A stretch of DNA of 64,000 nt from Mobula hypostoma (taxonomy: Eukaryota), in contig NC_086109.1 in NCBI RefSeq assembly GCF_963921235.1, positions 36,272,001 through 36,336,000 on the forward strand, written 5' to 3'. Below the pieces are notes generated by a model. The model worked only from the letters and a program-made list of their open reading frames with translations. It was not told where the DNA came from and searched no databases. The first letter of the stretch is position 1. Every line of letters starts with the position of its first letter. Shown one piece after another: positions 51,946-64,000 of the stretch. The translations under genes were made by a program, and so were the position numbers.

Positions 51946-52108
51946 ACAACAGGAATTCTGCAGATGCTGGAAATTCAAGCAACATACATCAAAGTTGCTG
52001 GTGAACGCAGCAGGCCTTCTTACTCACTCTTCCTTCAGTTAGTCCTGACGAAGGGTCTCAGCCTGAAACGTCGACTGCGCCTCTTCCTATAGATGCTGCT
52101 TGGCCTGC
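51946..52108 (+). mobile_element. 163-bp Penelope-derived insertion with a 15-bp TSD and an intact hammerhead
   Basis: TGGATATATTCTTAA at 51931-51945 and 52109-52123; an inverted PLE terminus followed by the sense hammerhead segment. Confidence 0.85.
52041..52076 (+). ncRNA. Minimal type I hammerhead ribozyme (PLE-associated)
   Basis: agtc-CTGACGA-agg(gtctcag)cct-GAAA-cg-TC|gact. Stem I agtc/gact, stem II agg/cct, palindromic ACGT stem III; predicted cut after 52072. Confidence 0.8.
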
Positions 52109-52899
52109 TGGATATATTCTTAAGTTAGTTCATCTAGAATCTTGAAGTACATCTCACACGATGTTTTGATTTTACCCCCATGTTTAGAAAGTGCACAGGC
52201 TTAATTGGAGTTTTATCCTTGAAGAGTAGTAACCCAGCATTTTAAATTCCTGAATGGGATTGCTACAATTCTAGTATTTAATGCCCACCCCTAAATGCCC
52301 TTTAAGTTAGCTACCTCCATTAAGTTGCTACTTTTCTGATGTGTCAGTATTCAGTGTCTTTTGTTAACCATGAGAGGTGGGTCAAACATTCCAGCAGCTC
52401 ATACAGAAAGTGGTCCAACCTCCCATTTTTCTGCAATATACCTCCGAAAAATACAGAGTAATTTTATTCTCTAATAGTCTATTTATATACTGCATGCTTT
52501 CATACTTCATAAAGATGCACCACAAAAATATACACTAGTTCATAAAGCAATTCCATTCTCCTACTAAGCTTGGAGACACAGTCACTGCAGATGCTGGAAC
52601 CTAGAGCTAAATAAAAAAAATCTACTCAAGTAACTCTGTGTTCAAGCAGCATCTATGAAGTCAAAGGGGTTTTCACAATTTTCAGTTGAGACTTAGTATC
52701 AGAACTTATGAGCTGAGTTCTTCCAGCAGATTGTTTTTAATCGTTCTATGTTCTCCCATAACCCATTCTTTCTGCATTCACACAAGTTTTCCCCCCAAGA
52801 TTCTATCATTTACTAATACATTTGGGCTGATTTAGAGCATCTAATTAACCCATGCAATTTGCTCTAGGTATTTGACAAGACTGCACATGATCAATCAGA

Positions 52900-54310
52900 T
52901 TAAAACATTAAATCCATAGCTTGGTGATAGAGGCTTCTTTTCTAATTGGAAAGTTGTGACAAGTGTACTGTAGGGATCAGTGCCAGGACTCGTTGTTTGT
53001 GATATATCTTAATAACTTGGATGTAAATGAAGGAGAAATGATTAGCAATTGGTATTGTAGAAAAAAAAGTTGTCTGAGACTATGAAACACACACAAAATG
53101 CTGGAGTAAGTCGGTAGGCCAGAAAACATCCATGGAAAAGAGCAAACAGTCGCTATTTTGGTCCGAGGCCGTTCAGCAGGACTGGACAAAGAAAAGGCTG
53201 AGGAGTCAGAGTTAGAAGGTGGGGGCAGGGGTGGAAGAAACACAAAGTGATAGGTGAAACTGAAAGGGGGAAGGTGAAGTAAAGAGCTAGGGAGTTAATT
53301 GCTGAAAGAGATACAAGGCTGGAGAAGGAGGAATCTAATAGGAGAGGGCAGAAGGACATGGAAGAAACTAAAAGGAGGAGGAGCAGCATAGGGAGGCAAT
53401 GGGCAGGCTTTTGCTCTTTTCCATGGATGCTGCCTGGCCTGCTGAGTTCCTCCAGCATTTTGTGTGTGATACTTGGATTTTCCAGCATCTGCAGATTTTC
53501 TATTGTTTGTCTGAGACTACAGCAGGATATACTATACATCAGATAGGTAGAGCATTAGCAGATGAAATTTAATCCCTGCAAGTGACAGATGATGCATTAA
53601 CTTCTAAGGAAGCTAATGAGGGATTAGGGCATATAAATGATGTAGCAGCTCACTAAGGGATGTTGATCAACACTGAAACCCTATTTCCTAGAAAATAGCA
53701 ACATGGGTCAATAGGATGGTGAAGAAGGCTCATGGCATTCTTACCTTCACAGGTCAGTGCGTGTAATATAAATAGAAGAATGCTATCTTGCTACTTTGCA
53801 AAACATTGGTTAGACTGCATTTGGAGTACTGTGTGCAGTTCTGATGGGCACACTATAAGAAGGATATCATTGCACTGGAGAGAGTGCAGAGTAGATTCAC
53901 CAGGCTGTTGTCTGGATCAGAGGACTTCAGGGAAGAAATTTTCTGGAGCAAAGAAGATTGGAGGGTGACCTGATAATGGTATATAAAGTTATAACAGGCA
54001 TGGATATATAAATAAAATCCTGTTCCTGTATTGGTAGTACTGTAAACAAGAGGACACAGCTTTCAGGCAAGTTTTAAAGGAGATTTGAGGGGAAGGTTTT
54101 TTACACAGAGTGTGACTAATCTCTGGAGCCCACTGGACAGAGGAGCTGGTGGAATCGGAATGATTAAGTTTAAGAAGCTTGTAGATAGTTACTTAAATGG
54201 GCAAGGCATAAAAGAAATGGACATCGTCTGGGAAAATGAGATTAGTAACGATGGGCAAAAAAAGATTAACATAGACTTGATGAGCGAAGTGCCCATTTCT
54301 GTGCTGTACA
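52900..54310 (+). mobile_element. Old CR1 RT/3' fragment
   Basis: Degenerate QGSV.G.LFVIY.NNL, HLEYCVQF and RGRFFTQSV motifs. Confidence 0.65.
53083..53506. mobile_element. Penelope-derived element with inverted termini and a 13-bp TSD, nested in CR1
   Basis: TTGTCTGAGACTA at 53070-53082 and 53507-53519; ~53090-53145 is an inverted repeat of ~53410-53468. Confidence 0.8.
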
Positions 54311-55669
54311 ACTTCATAGCTCGATGAATTTTCTAACCCGCTCATCCTTGAGACATGGGAGAAAGCAAGGGCACTGGAGAGACCCATGTGGTCGTCATGG
54401 AATAAGTCCGTAGAGACAGCATTTGAGGTTGGGATTGAGCTGGAGTGACAGGAACCTTGAGACAGCAGCTCTATTCGTTTCATCAGTGCCCAACACACAT
54501 AAAGAACAATATAAAGTATTTACCTACCAAAAAAAGTGTTAGCCAACAAACTACTTCCATTAAATGAATTTATATTTACGAGCAGAGACTGTGTTTGAAA
54601 TCAGGAGATGCAGTTGTGTAAATATAAAACTCTTTCTATGCAGGTTATTGCACAACAGGGAGCCACTTGACAGAGGCAGTTTGGAAATTGATCATCATAT
54701 TTACATAAGCAATGATTCGCTGATCAACGTATACATGTATTTAAGTATATTTGAAAATCTTCAAGACGGGCAAGCATGAGGATTCATAGACAATGGATAA
54801 TGTGGACTGTTATCAGATTGTGAAATGGCAAGTCACTTGCAAAGCGATTCAGGGGGCATTTATAATTCAACTACACTGTGATGGGCATGAACTTGTAAGT
54901 CACACTAACCAGATCTGGTCAGGATTATTCCTTTCCAAGAGTGCACAAGCAAATCTCATGGGTATTTATGGATAATCTGGAAATTGCATAATAAATATTG
55001 TTGGGTGATTAATATTGGATTGTATTTATATTTATGAATTTAAATTTCCAATCTAATGTGAACTCCACTCCAAGGCTCCCTATAATGAATCTAATACTTA
55101 AGCATGTTGCTTTCATTCTTGGAATTCATACACAATCAGATTCAGATACACATTTATTTATCACATGTACTTCAAATCACAGAGTGAAAGCTGGCACTGG
55201 CATTAACAATCAAAACACAAATGGATGTGCTGGGGAACAGTCCACTGTTATTGCCACATATTCTGCAGCCAATATAGTACACCCAAAGTGTTCAACAGAA
55301 CAATACAAACAGCAACAGCAGCAAAACAAGCCCCTTTTCCCATCCTCTCATACTCACAGACCAGCCTCCTTTGCTTGATTTCCAGAAGGGTAAATTCCAT
55401 TAGGATTCTTTGAGGAACTGACAGGCAGGATAGACATAGCCTGTGGATGTTGTTTACTTGGATTTTCATAAGGCTTTTGAGAGGAGGCTGCTAAACAAGA
55501 TAGGAGCCCATTGTATTACAGAATGATACTGGCATGGATAGAAAATTGGCTGACTGGCAGGAGGCAATGATTGGGAATAAAGTGGGGTTTCTCTGGTTGA
55601 CTGTCGGGGACTAGTGCTGTTCTGCAGGGGTCATTCTTGATTAAGACTACTTCCTTTTACATTATATGT

Positions 55670-56512
55670 TGTTACGTACCCCGTAACTGGGTTGCCAAAC
55701 CAGCAGAAATGGATCACTCAGTTGGAGTCTGGAGTACTAGAACTAAGAAAGTTTTATTAAAGAAACAAGCAACACAGTAATCGAAAGGATAATAAATGCA
55801 ACAGTTCAACAATGATAACCACACATGTGCACAGAATTAAAATTACAGCATCAATCAAGCTCTATCGTTGTCTAGGGGTAAATGACCAAATTTCAAAGTG
55901 ACTCAAAGTTCAGTTCGCAGTAATCGTTGCCATGGCGATGGACAACGTGGGGGGAAGACAGAGATAGAACAGGAACAACTGATCATTCAGAACGGCTTCA
56001 CTCACAGACCGGCGAGATTGCTCACAAGCAACTTTTGGGCGGGTCCTTGGTGATGTCACCTGAGGTCACCGACTGTGACCCCTCCTCCAGATGCGGTCGA
56101 TCCTCTGCAGTGAACCCGGCACCCAGGCAAGGGCGGACACACACCGGGTTCCCGCTGATCGTACCTTTCCACCCTGGCTGTTGTCTGGTACTTCTCACCG
56201 ACTCGTGAGAAGCGTACCGCTTCCAGGGTCTCGTTACCTCGGGTGGCGTGTGTGTCGCCTTAGCAAACCTGTCCCTTTTCATCCCCCTGCTGGGGTATCG
56301 CCTGTCCACCACTTCAAACAGTTCAGGGTTCAAAGGGGGGAGCCGCTCCAGACAGCTCTCTCTCCCCCGTCCCTTCATTACACATCTCCAGACGCTGCTC
56401 CATTGTTCCTTATCTCTCCTTCCCCTGAGGGCAGGTGACAGACCAACTGCTGATGCCACTGATGCTAGCCCAGGCCAGCAAACATCTTAATTTTATGTGT
56501 ATTCTCGTCACA
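55670..56512 (-). mobile_element. Solo LTR (843 bp) with a 4-bp TSD, inside CR1
   Basis: TGTTAC...GTCACA; ATGT at 55666-55669 and 56513-56516; the CR1 RT reading (LYV..DEG..KFADNTK) is restored across it. Confidence 0.85.
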
Positions 56513-56720
56513 ATGTCAAAAATCCTGATGAAGGAACTGATGGCTTTGTGGTCAAGTTTGCAGACAACACAAAGATAGCCGGAAAGGTATGTAGTTTTGA
56601 GGAAGCAGGGAATCTGGAGAAGGACTTGGACAGATTAGGAGAATGGGCAAAGAACTGGCAGATGGAATATAGTGTAGGGAATTGTATGGTCATGAACTTT
56701 GGTAGAAAGAATAAAAGTGC

Positions 56721-57864
56721 AAACAACAGGAATTGTTTTTTAAAGAAAGGGGCTTCCCTTCCTCCACCATCAACTCTGCTCTCAAACGCATCTCCCCCAT
56801 TTCACGCACATCTGCTCTCACTCCATCCTCCCGCCACCCCACTAGGAATAGGGTACCCCTGGTCCTCACCTACCACCCCACCAGCCTCCGGGTCCAACAT
56901 ATTATTCTCCGTAACTTCTGCCACCTCCAACAGAATCCCACCACTGAGCATATCTTTCCCTCCCCGCTTCTCTCTGCTTTCCATTGGGATCGCTCCCTAT
57001 GCGACTCCCTTGTCCATTCGTTCCCCCCATCCCTCCCCACTGATCTCCCTCCTGGCATTTATCCGTGTAAGCGGAACAAGTGCTACACATGCCCTTACAC
57101 TTCCTCCCTTACCACCATTCAGGGCCCCAGACAGTCCTTCCAGGTGAGTCGACACTTAACCTGTGAGTCAGCTGGGGTGATATACTGCGTCCAGTGCTCC
57201 CGATGTGGCCTTCTATACATTGGCGAGACCCGATGCAGACTGGGAGACCACTTTGCTGAACACCTACGCCCTGTCCGCTAGAGAAAGCAAGATCTCCCAG
57301 TGGCCACACATTTTAACTCCACATCCCATTCCCATTCTGACATGTCTATCCACGATCTCCTCTACTGTAAAGGTGAAGCCACACTCAGGTTGGAGGAACA
57401 ACACCATATATTCCGTCTGCATAGCCTCCAACCTGATGGCTTGAACATTGACTTCTCTAACTTCAGCTAATGCCCCACCTCCCCCTCGTACCCCATCCAT
57501 TATTTATTTTTATACACACATTCTTTCTCTCACTCTCCTTTTTCTCCCTCTGTCCCTCTGACTATACCCCTTGCCCATCCTCTGGGTTTCCCCCCCCCCT
57601 TGTCTTTCTCCCTGGGCCTCCTGTCCCATGATCCTCTCATATCCCCTTTGCCAATCACCTGTCCAGCTCTTGGCTCCATCCCAACCCCCTCCTGTCTTCT
57701 CCTATCATTTTGGATCTCCCCCCGCCTCCCACTTTCAAATCTCTTACTAACTCCTCATTCAGTTAGTCCTGGCGAAGGGTCTCGGCCTGAAACGTCGACT
57801 GTACCTCTTCCTAGAGATGCTGCCTGGCCTGCTGCATTCACCAGCAACTTTTATGTGTGGTGCT
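56721..57864 (+). mobile_element. 5'-truncated Penelope-like element: GIY-YIG endonuclease + 3' end, 13-bp TSD
   Basis: ORF 56733..57281: PCKRNKCYTC...VIYCVQCSRCGLLYIGETRCRLGDHFAEH; AGAATAAAAGTGC at 56708-56720 and 57865-57877; hammerhead at 57765-57800. Confidence 0.92.
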
Positions 57865-58132
57865 AGAATAAAAGTGCTGACTATTTTCTAAACGGAGCAA
57901 ATTCAGAAATCAGAGATGCTAAGGGACTTGGTGAACCTTGGGCAGGATGTTCTGAAGGTAAAAATTACAGGTTGAGTTGGTGGTAAGGAAGGCAAAAACT
58001 CCTCTTACAACTTTATTTCCAGTTTCTTTATAACCTAAAAATACTCTGTACTGCTAGAATTCCCCAAACCTATCTTGAACCATTATACGTCCATGACAAT
58101 GCAAATATTTCCCTATCACCTTGGTATTTTAC

Positions 58133-58712
58133 AGACAACAGACAATAGGTGCAGGAGTAGGCCATTCGGCCCTTCGAGCCAGCACCACCATTCATGGGTG
58201 ATCATCCACAATCAGTATCCAGTTCCTGCCTTATCCCCATAACCTTTGATTCCGCTATCTTTAAGAGCTCTATCCATCTCTTTTTTGAAAGCATCCAGAG
58301 ACTTGGCCTCCACAGCCTTCTGGGGCAGAGCATTCCATATATCCACCACTCTCTGGGTGAAAAAGTTTTTCCTCAACTCCGTTCTAAATGGCCTACCCCT
58401 AATTCTTAAACTGTGGCCTCTGGTTCTGAACTCACTCATCAGCAGGAACATGCTTCCTGCCTCCAGCGTGTCCAATCCCTTAATAATCTTATATGTTTCA
58501 ATAAGAAACCCTCTCAGCCTCCTAAATTCCAGAATATACAAGCCTAGTCGCTCCAATCTTTCGACATATGACAGTCCCGCCATCCCGGGAATTAACCTTG
58601 TGAACCTACGCTGCACTCCCTCAATAGCAAGAATGTCCTTCCTCAAATTTGGAGACCAAAACTGCACACAGTACTCCAGGTGTGGTCTCACCAGGGCCCT
58701 GTACAGCTGCAG
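58133..58712 (-). mobile_element. Young CR1 3' fragment
   Basis: Uninterrupted ORF LYRALVRPHLEYCVQFWSP...GIKGYGDKAGTGY, plus a 3' stem-loop and a tandem tail. Confidence 0.9.
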
Positions 58713-59309
58713 AATTCTATTCATACGCTCATTCATGGTAAGTTGCTAGCATCATCATACAGATGACTTTCATTACAGCAGAAGGATGATGGCTGACCAT
58801 CCAGTTTTCAAGGCTGCTCCCCAAATCCACAACAGTAGTTGATGTTGTTATCATCACTATAGCTGCTTTTGATCCAAAATCCGTGAAGCTGCATCATAGC
58901 AAGATGCACAAATTTTTTAAGGTAGCAGCCATCTCAGCTCATACATCTGTCCTATTTTGATTCTCAATGGTGACTTGGTGGGGAAATTCTTAAGTTGTAC
59001 ATTTTAACAATGTAAAATGTCATTTGTAAATGACCTGAGATTTTCCAGCTCTTCCTGACTGGCTCCTTTGATCATTTGTTTCCAGCTATATAACATAATA
59101 GAAGGGAAGTCTGATCATCTCAGTGCCTAAATTGAATGTAAGTGAAATGCCACAGGCCTAATACAGAATAATGTGCGGACTCTGTATTTTTACATTGGAA
59201 AGTAATAATGCCTTAGGGAATACAATGGCATATACAGTCAGTGGCCACTTTATTAGGTACACCTATCGGCCTGCTTGTTAAGGCAACTGTCAAATCAGAC
59301 AATCACATG

Positions 59310-61720
59310 ACAGGAAAAGCTTACAAAAAGAAGAGGATATCGCCCAGTCCATCTCAGGTAAAACCCTCCCAACCACTGAGTACATCTGTATGGAACACCT
59401 TCACAAGAGAGCAGCATCCATTGTTAAGTACCTCCACCATCCAGCCCGCGCAGTCTTCTCACTGCTGTCATCAGGAAGAAGAGACAGGGGGTCGGGACCC
59501 ACACCACTAAGTTCAGGAATCGTTATTGCCATTCAACCATAAGGCTCTTGAAGCAGAGGGTATAACTCTCTCAACTTCACTCGCACTATCACTGAATTGT
59601 TCCCACAATCTATGGATACAAACCAGTGATCAAAGGGGTTCAACCAGTTCTAAAGGTAGCGAAACCTGGCCTGAAGGAGCTCTGTGCTCTGCAGAACTGC
59701 TTTGGTAATACTAAGTGGAAAATGTTCAGGGAGGCACCTCCCTATTCCAACCATGTTAGCATGGAGGAATATGTGGATTCTGTGACCAGCTACATAGAGA
59801 AGTGTACTGAGGATGTTACCATCATGCAACACATCTGGGTGAGGGAAAATCTGAAGCCGTGGTTTACTGCAGCGCTCTGTGTATGGCTGAGGGAACACGA
59901 TGCTGCCTTTAGATTTGGGGATGCAAACGTTCTCAGGGAAGTAAGAACTCTGCTTTTCTGCTTCATCAACATGATGAAACAAAAGTATTCTCAGAGAATT
60001 AACAGCCACTTCTGTGATGCCAGGGGTATGAGGTGCATGTGGCAGGGAATTCAGAGTGCAAATCTAACCTGCGTGTCAGTGACCAGGATGCTTCACTCCC
60101 TGAGAAGCTTCATGTCTTCTACTCCTGGTTTGATGTGACCAACAAAGTGCTGGCAAGAAAGGTACCCTTCCCCCCAGGGGAGCAAACACGCTCTCTGGCT
60201 GAAGCTGAGGTGAGACCTGGCCAGAGTCAACCCACGCAACGCTGTGGGACCTGATAATATACCAGATTGGGTTCTGAAAGACTCCACAGCCCAGCTAACA
60301 GAGGTGCTGCCTGATGTATTTAACATCTCCCTGGAACACCCATTGTCCCTTCGATTTTCAAGGTGGCAACCATCATTCCAGTGTCAAGGAAGGCAACATA
60401 ACCTGCCTCAATGACTATCGTCTGGTGGCATTAACATCAACCATTATGAAATGCTTTGAGCAGCTGGTCATGGAGCACATTACAGCCTTTCTCCCATACT
60501 TTTTCCAGATTCCTTATCGCTCAGATCGATCCACTGATGATGCAATAGCTTGTGCCCTCCACTCTGTCATATCCCACTTGCAAAATGGGTTCTCATATGG
60601 CAGACTGCTGTTAATAGACTTCATTTCGGCATTTAATGCCAGAAACTGATTGGGAGACTATCCTCTCTGGGTCGCAACACCTCCCTCTGCAATTGGATCC
60701 TGGACTTCTTACCAGTACAGCCACAGTAAGTACATGTGGGCAGCAGTGTTTCTGATCCTATTGTGCTGAGCACTGGCACTCCTCAATGCTGTGTGCTTAG
60801 CCCGCTGCTGATGCATGATGGTGTCGCAGGACCCAGCTCAAACCGTGTCATCAAGCTTGCGGATGACACAACAGCGGCTGGCTTCATCAGCAACGAGGAT
60901 GAGGTGGAGCATGGAGAGGAAATGGAGTGACTGGTGTGAGAAGAACAACCTAAGCCTGAACGTGTGGAAGACCAAGAAAATCATTGTGGACATCAGGAAG
61001 GTGTTGGTGAACAGCACTCCCCCCCACCCACCGCGAATACATAGTTCCTCCATAGAAAGGGTTAAGTGCACCAAGTTCCTGGGAGTTCACATAGTGAATA
61101 ACCTGACCTGGTCCCTTAATATCACCTCCCTAAACAAGATGGCACAGCGGCTCATCCACTTCCCAAGAAGATAGAGGCAGGCAAGGCACACCATGCACCT
61201 CCCCTCCCCCCGCCACCATCTTAATTGCATTTTACAGGAGCACCATTGAGAGAGTCCTGACAAGTTGCATCTCCATCTGATATGGGAGCAGTCGAGTATT
61301 GGACCAGAAGTCCCTACAAAGGACTGTGAGAACAGCTGAGAGGATTGTAGGGGTCTGCTAACCATCCATCAGGGAAATTTAACTTCGAGGGGGGGTGAAT
61401 ACTTTTTATAGGCACTGTATATGTATATGTATATGTATATAATTAAATGACAATAAACGACTTGATTTGACTCTCCTTCCAGGATTTTTCATCTCATGTT
61501 TTTGATATTTATTGCTTATATATTTTTATTATTTCTTCTTTTTCTTTTTGTATTTGCACAGTTTATTGTTTTGCTTTTGCACATTGGTTGTTGTTTGTCC
61601 TGTTGGGTGCAGTCTTTCATTGATCGTATTGTGCTTCTTGTATTTACTGCAATTGCCTGCTAGGAAATGAATATACGGTGACATATATGAACCTTGATAA
61701 TAAATTTATTTTGAACTTTG
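59310..61720 (+). mobile_element. Rex1/Babar LINE fragments (nested: a 3' piece split by a longer ORF2 piece)
   Basis: SVTSYIEKC..DV, KPWFT, CLNDYRLVALTSTIMKCFE, STDDAI, IKLADDTT, KFLGVHI; (tttgaac)n tail near 61715. Confidence 0.8.
61390..61419. mobile_element. Isolated Tc1-like TIR end (a different Tc1-type end at ~59234-59265)
   Basis: gggggtgaatactttttataggcactg-TA, whose reverse complement is cagtgcctataaaaagtattcacc; tacagtcagtggccactttattaggtacacc at ~59233. Confidence 0.5.
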
Positions 61721-61970
61721 AACTTTGGAGATCTGAAATTAGTGCATAAAATCTGGAAATAAGCAGACTGATATACAGAGAACTGATATTTCAGATGAAT
61801 GTCCTTTTCCTCTAAGCTAGATGACCATCAGTGAATATATGTTTTATTGGTTGTTTTTAATGATGTTTGGAAGTGTAAGTATACTGTAGTTTGGAATATT
61901 GATTTGGTTTGCAAATATATTTTTTTATTATAGTTAACAGGGTGTTCTGTATTATGATTTAATATTTCAG

Positions 61971-61999
61971 GTTGTTGCTCTTTTATGAGGAATTCAAAA
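61971..61999 (+). CDS. Candidate plus-strand micro-exon (29 nt)
   Basis: atttaatatttcag|GTTGTTGCTCTTTTATGAGGAATTCAAAA|gtaagt; two open frames (xCCSFMRNSK or LLLFYEEFK). Gene not recognised. Confidence 0.4.
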
Positions 62000-64000
62000 G
62001 TAAGTGCACCTTATTCATTTATCTACATTTTCATACAAATAACTTTGCTGGAATAAGCTGTGCTGAACTGCACCAGTGAAATGAAGGTATTATTATTCAC
62101 AAAATTGATTATCTATCTTTTGGAGTTTAAAATATAACCTCTGGCAGGCAGCCCTCCACTCCTAATTTTGAATTGTAATCAACTCCTTATTTTCTGTGCA
62201 AAATTGCAGTTAACCCATCGAGTTTCTTTCTTGTTCAATTACTTTTGTAACCAGACATTTTTCTTGTAATCAAGAATCAAATATTCCATGAATATTTTAA
62301 ATTATTGAAATGCATGTCTGAAAAATACTTATATAGAAAAAAATAAATTGCCTTTTATAATTTCCCAAATATGCCTATGTTAGCCAGCAAATTTTTCTTC
62401 AAATATTTAATAAGAATAAACTTATTTGTAATAATTGATTCAAATACTTAAGTATTCTGTTGTAATAGCTTAAAATGTGTAATACCTAGCAGTGGTCTAT
62501 TGCATGGGAATACTTGAGGGAAATATTGTAGAAAACAATATTTCTTAAGAGAGGGATGTTTTAATGAAATAAGAGTTGGTATATCATCAAAACCACCTGG
62601 AGTGCTAGCTTTCATGTTCCAGTTCAGTAAATGAGATTTAAACAGCTAAATTTAGCTCTATAAACCATGGGATGGCAATTTGCTGGGTAATCCATCCATA
62701 TTAGCAGTGCAAATTGTGCTGTTTACTACATAGAAAGGTTAATAGAAGACTATGCAGTATGCAGAGGTAGAGGATTACAATGTCAATCATGGGCAATGCT
62801 GATTTGATGGCAGTGCCACCAGGCTGGATCTCAATAATACAGTTCAGATCATGTGTTTAATTCATATTGTGGATGCAATGTTTAGCAACAAGAAGGTAGA
62901 GCTCCACTTCTGATAGATCAAGGAATCAACAATTGTTGTTCATTTCATGGAGTGCTGGCTGCAATAAGGGGGCGTTTGAATTTTTTACAGAACCTGTGGA
63001 AATACTGGAAGTCTCATAGAAGGAAGTGACTGAATGATGATTTCCAGTTTGAACAATTTTTGCTTTACCTCTGCTTACAATTCCCTTACCTTTGCAACAC
63101 TTAAGGGAGGTTGAAGAACTTGAATCAGTTCCACAACACCTTTAGATGATGGCAATTCTTGGCCAACGATGAATGTCTTCAGGCTTTACTATTTCACAAG
63201 GTGTAAAGGCAGGAAAACATTAGTGAGCCACTTCAGTGAGTGGTTGCTTTAGCTTGAAGTTGAGCCATCAAACGATTCATGCCTACCTCACAACCGCATA
63301 GATCATAAAACATTGTTGATTTCAGTAAAATAAAGTATTTCAGTTTACACATGATGTCTCATACATCACAAGTGAGCAAGAACAGATAATATTGATGGTA
63401 AGAACAGGGGGAAATATGTGTTGGAGTGTTTCCAACTTGTGCTAATCTGGAAGCTGATGTTACTCCATGCGGACCCCTTAACGACAAGATAGTTCTGCAC
63501 CAACAATTAAAAATGAGTGAACTCTGAAATGTACCATGTACTCAAGAAGAGAGATTAGAATCCAAACAAGGCAGCTGTTACTTGACTGATATATTGACTG
63601 CAAATCCCACAAATGCATTTCATCCTGGAAAGGTCTGAAGCAAAGAGTGATGGTGTCATCTACATCCATTTGTAAAGGGTGGTCCAATAAGTCCAATAGG
63701 TAGTGGCTTTGTTCTGGATCTCCCATCACCTGTCAGGATTGCCTCTAGAACCTCATTAATGAGCCAATATCAACAGAATACTGAATGTCTGCCTGCGGAT
63801 TTCTAGAACAGAATGTGATTTTATTTTTCTTTTATTTATTGAAATAGAATGCAGAATAGGCCCTTCTGACCCTTTGAGCTATCCCTCGATTTATTCTCTG
63901 CCTAATCATTGGAAAATTTACAAAGAACAATTAATCTACCAACCAGTACATCTTAGGACTGATACCTCATTTCCAGCTCCAAGAGGTTCATGAGAACTCT

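Noticed and set aside
63089..63185. Minus-strand exon candidate LKTFIVGQELPSSKGVVELIQVLQPPLSVAK
   Set aside because: The donor is good, but the best acceptor gives a closed frame and the phase does not join the other exons.
63478..63729. 83-aa minus-strand ORF as a host exon
   Set aside because: LD.PLQ..VDDTI resembles a decayed Rex1 RT motif (LDPLQF...VDDAI), and the acceptor is weak.

Overview
Vertebrate genomic DNA, AT-rich and dense in transposable elements. The repeat content (CR1, Rex/Babar, Penelope, Gypsy, HERO-like RLE LINE, Tc1/pogo) is consistent with a cartilaginous fish; this is an inference. No prokaryotic genes, rRNA or CRISPR were seen, and most listed ORFs are TE fragments or antisense noise. 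A few small exons with canonical splice sites suggest a minus-strand spliced transcript (34766->~1880) and one plus-strand micro-exon near 62 kb; I could not name either gene. The main structures are: (1) a rearranged HERO-like RLE retrotransposon at 38.5-41.5 kb with a 5' inversion and a direct 3'end-to-5'end junction; (2) an LTR-int-LTR-int-LTR non-autonomous Gypsy tandem at 44150-48657 with a 5-bp TSD and a possible self-priming PBS; (3) a family of short Penelope-derived insertions carrying minimal hammerhead ribozymes, with 13-15-bp TSDs; (4) a tRNA-headed, RTE-like SINE with a 14-bp TSD.
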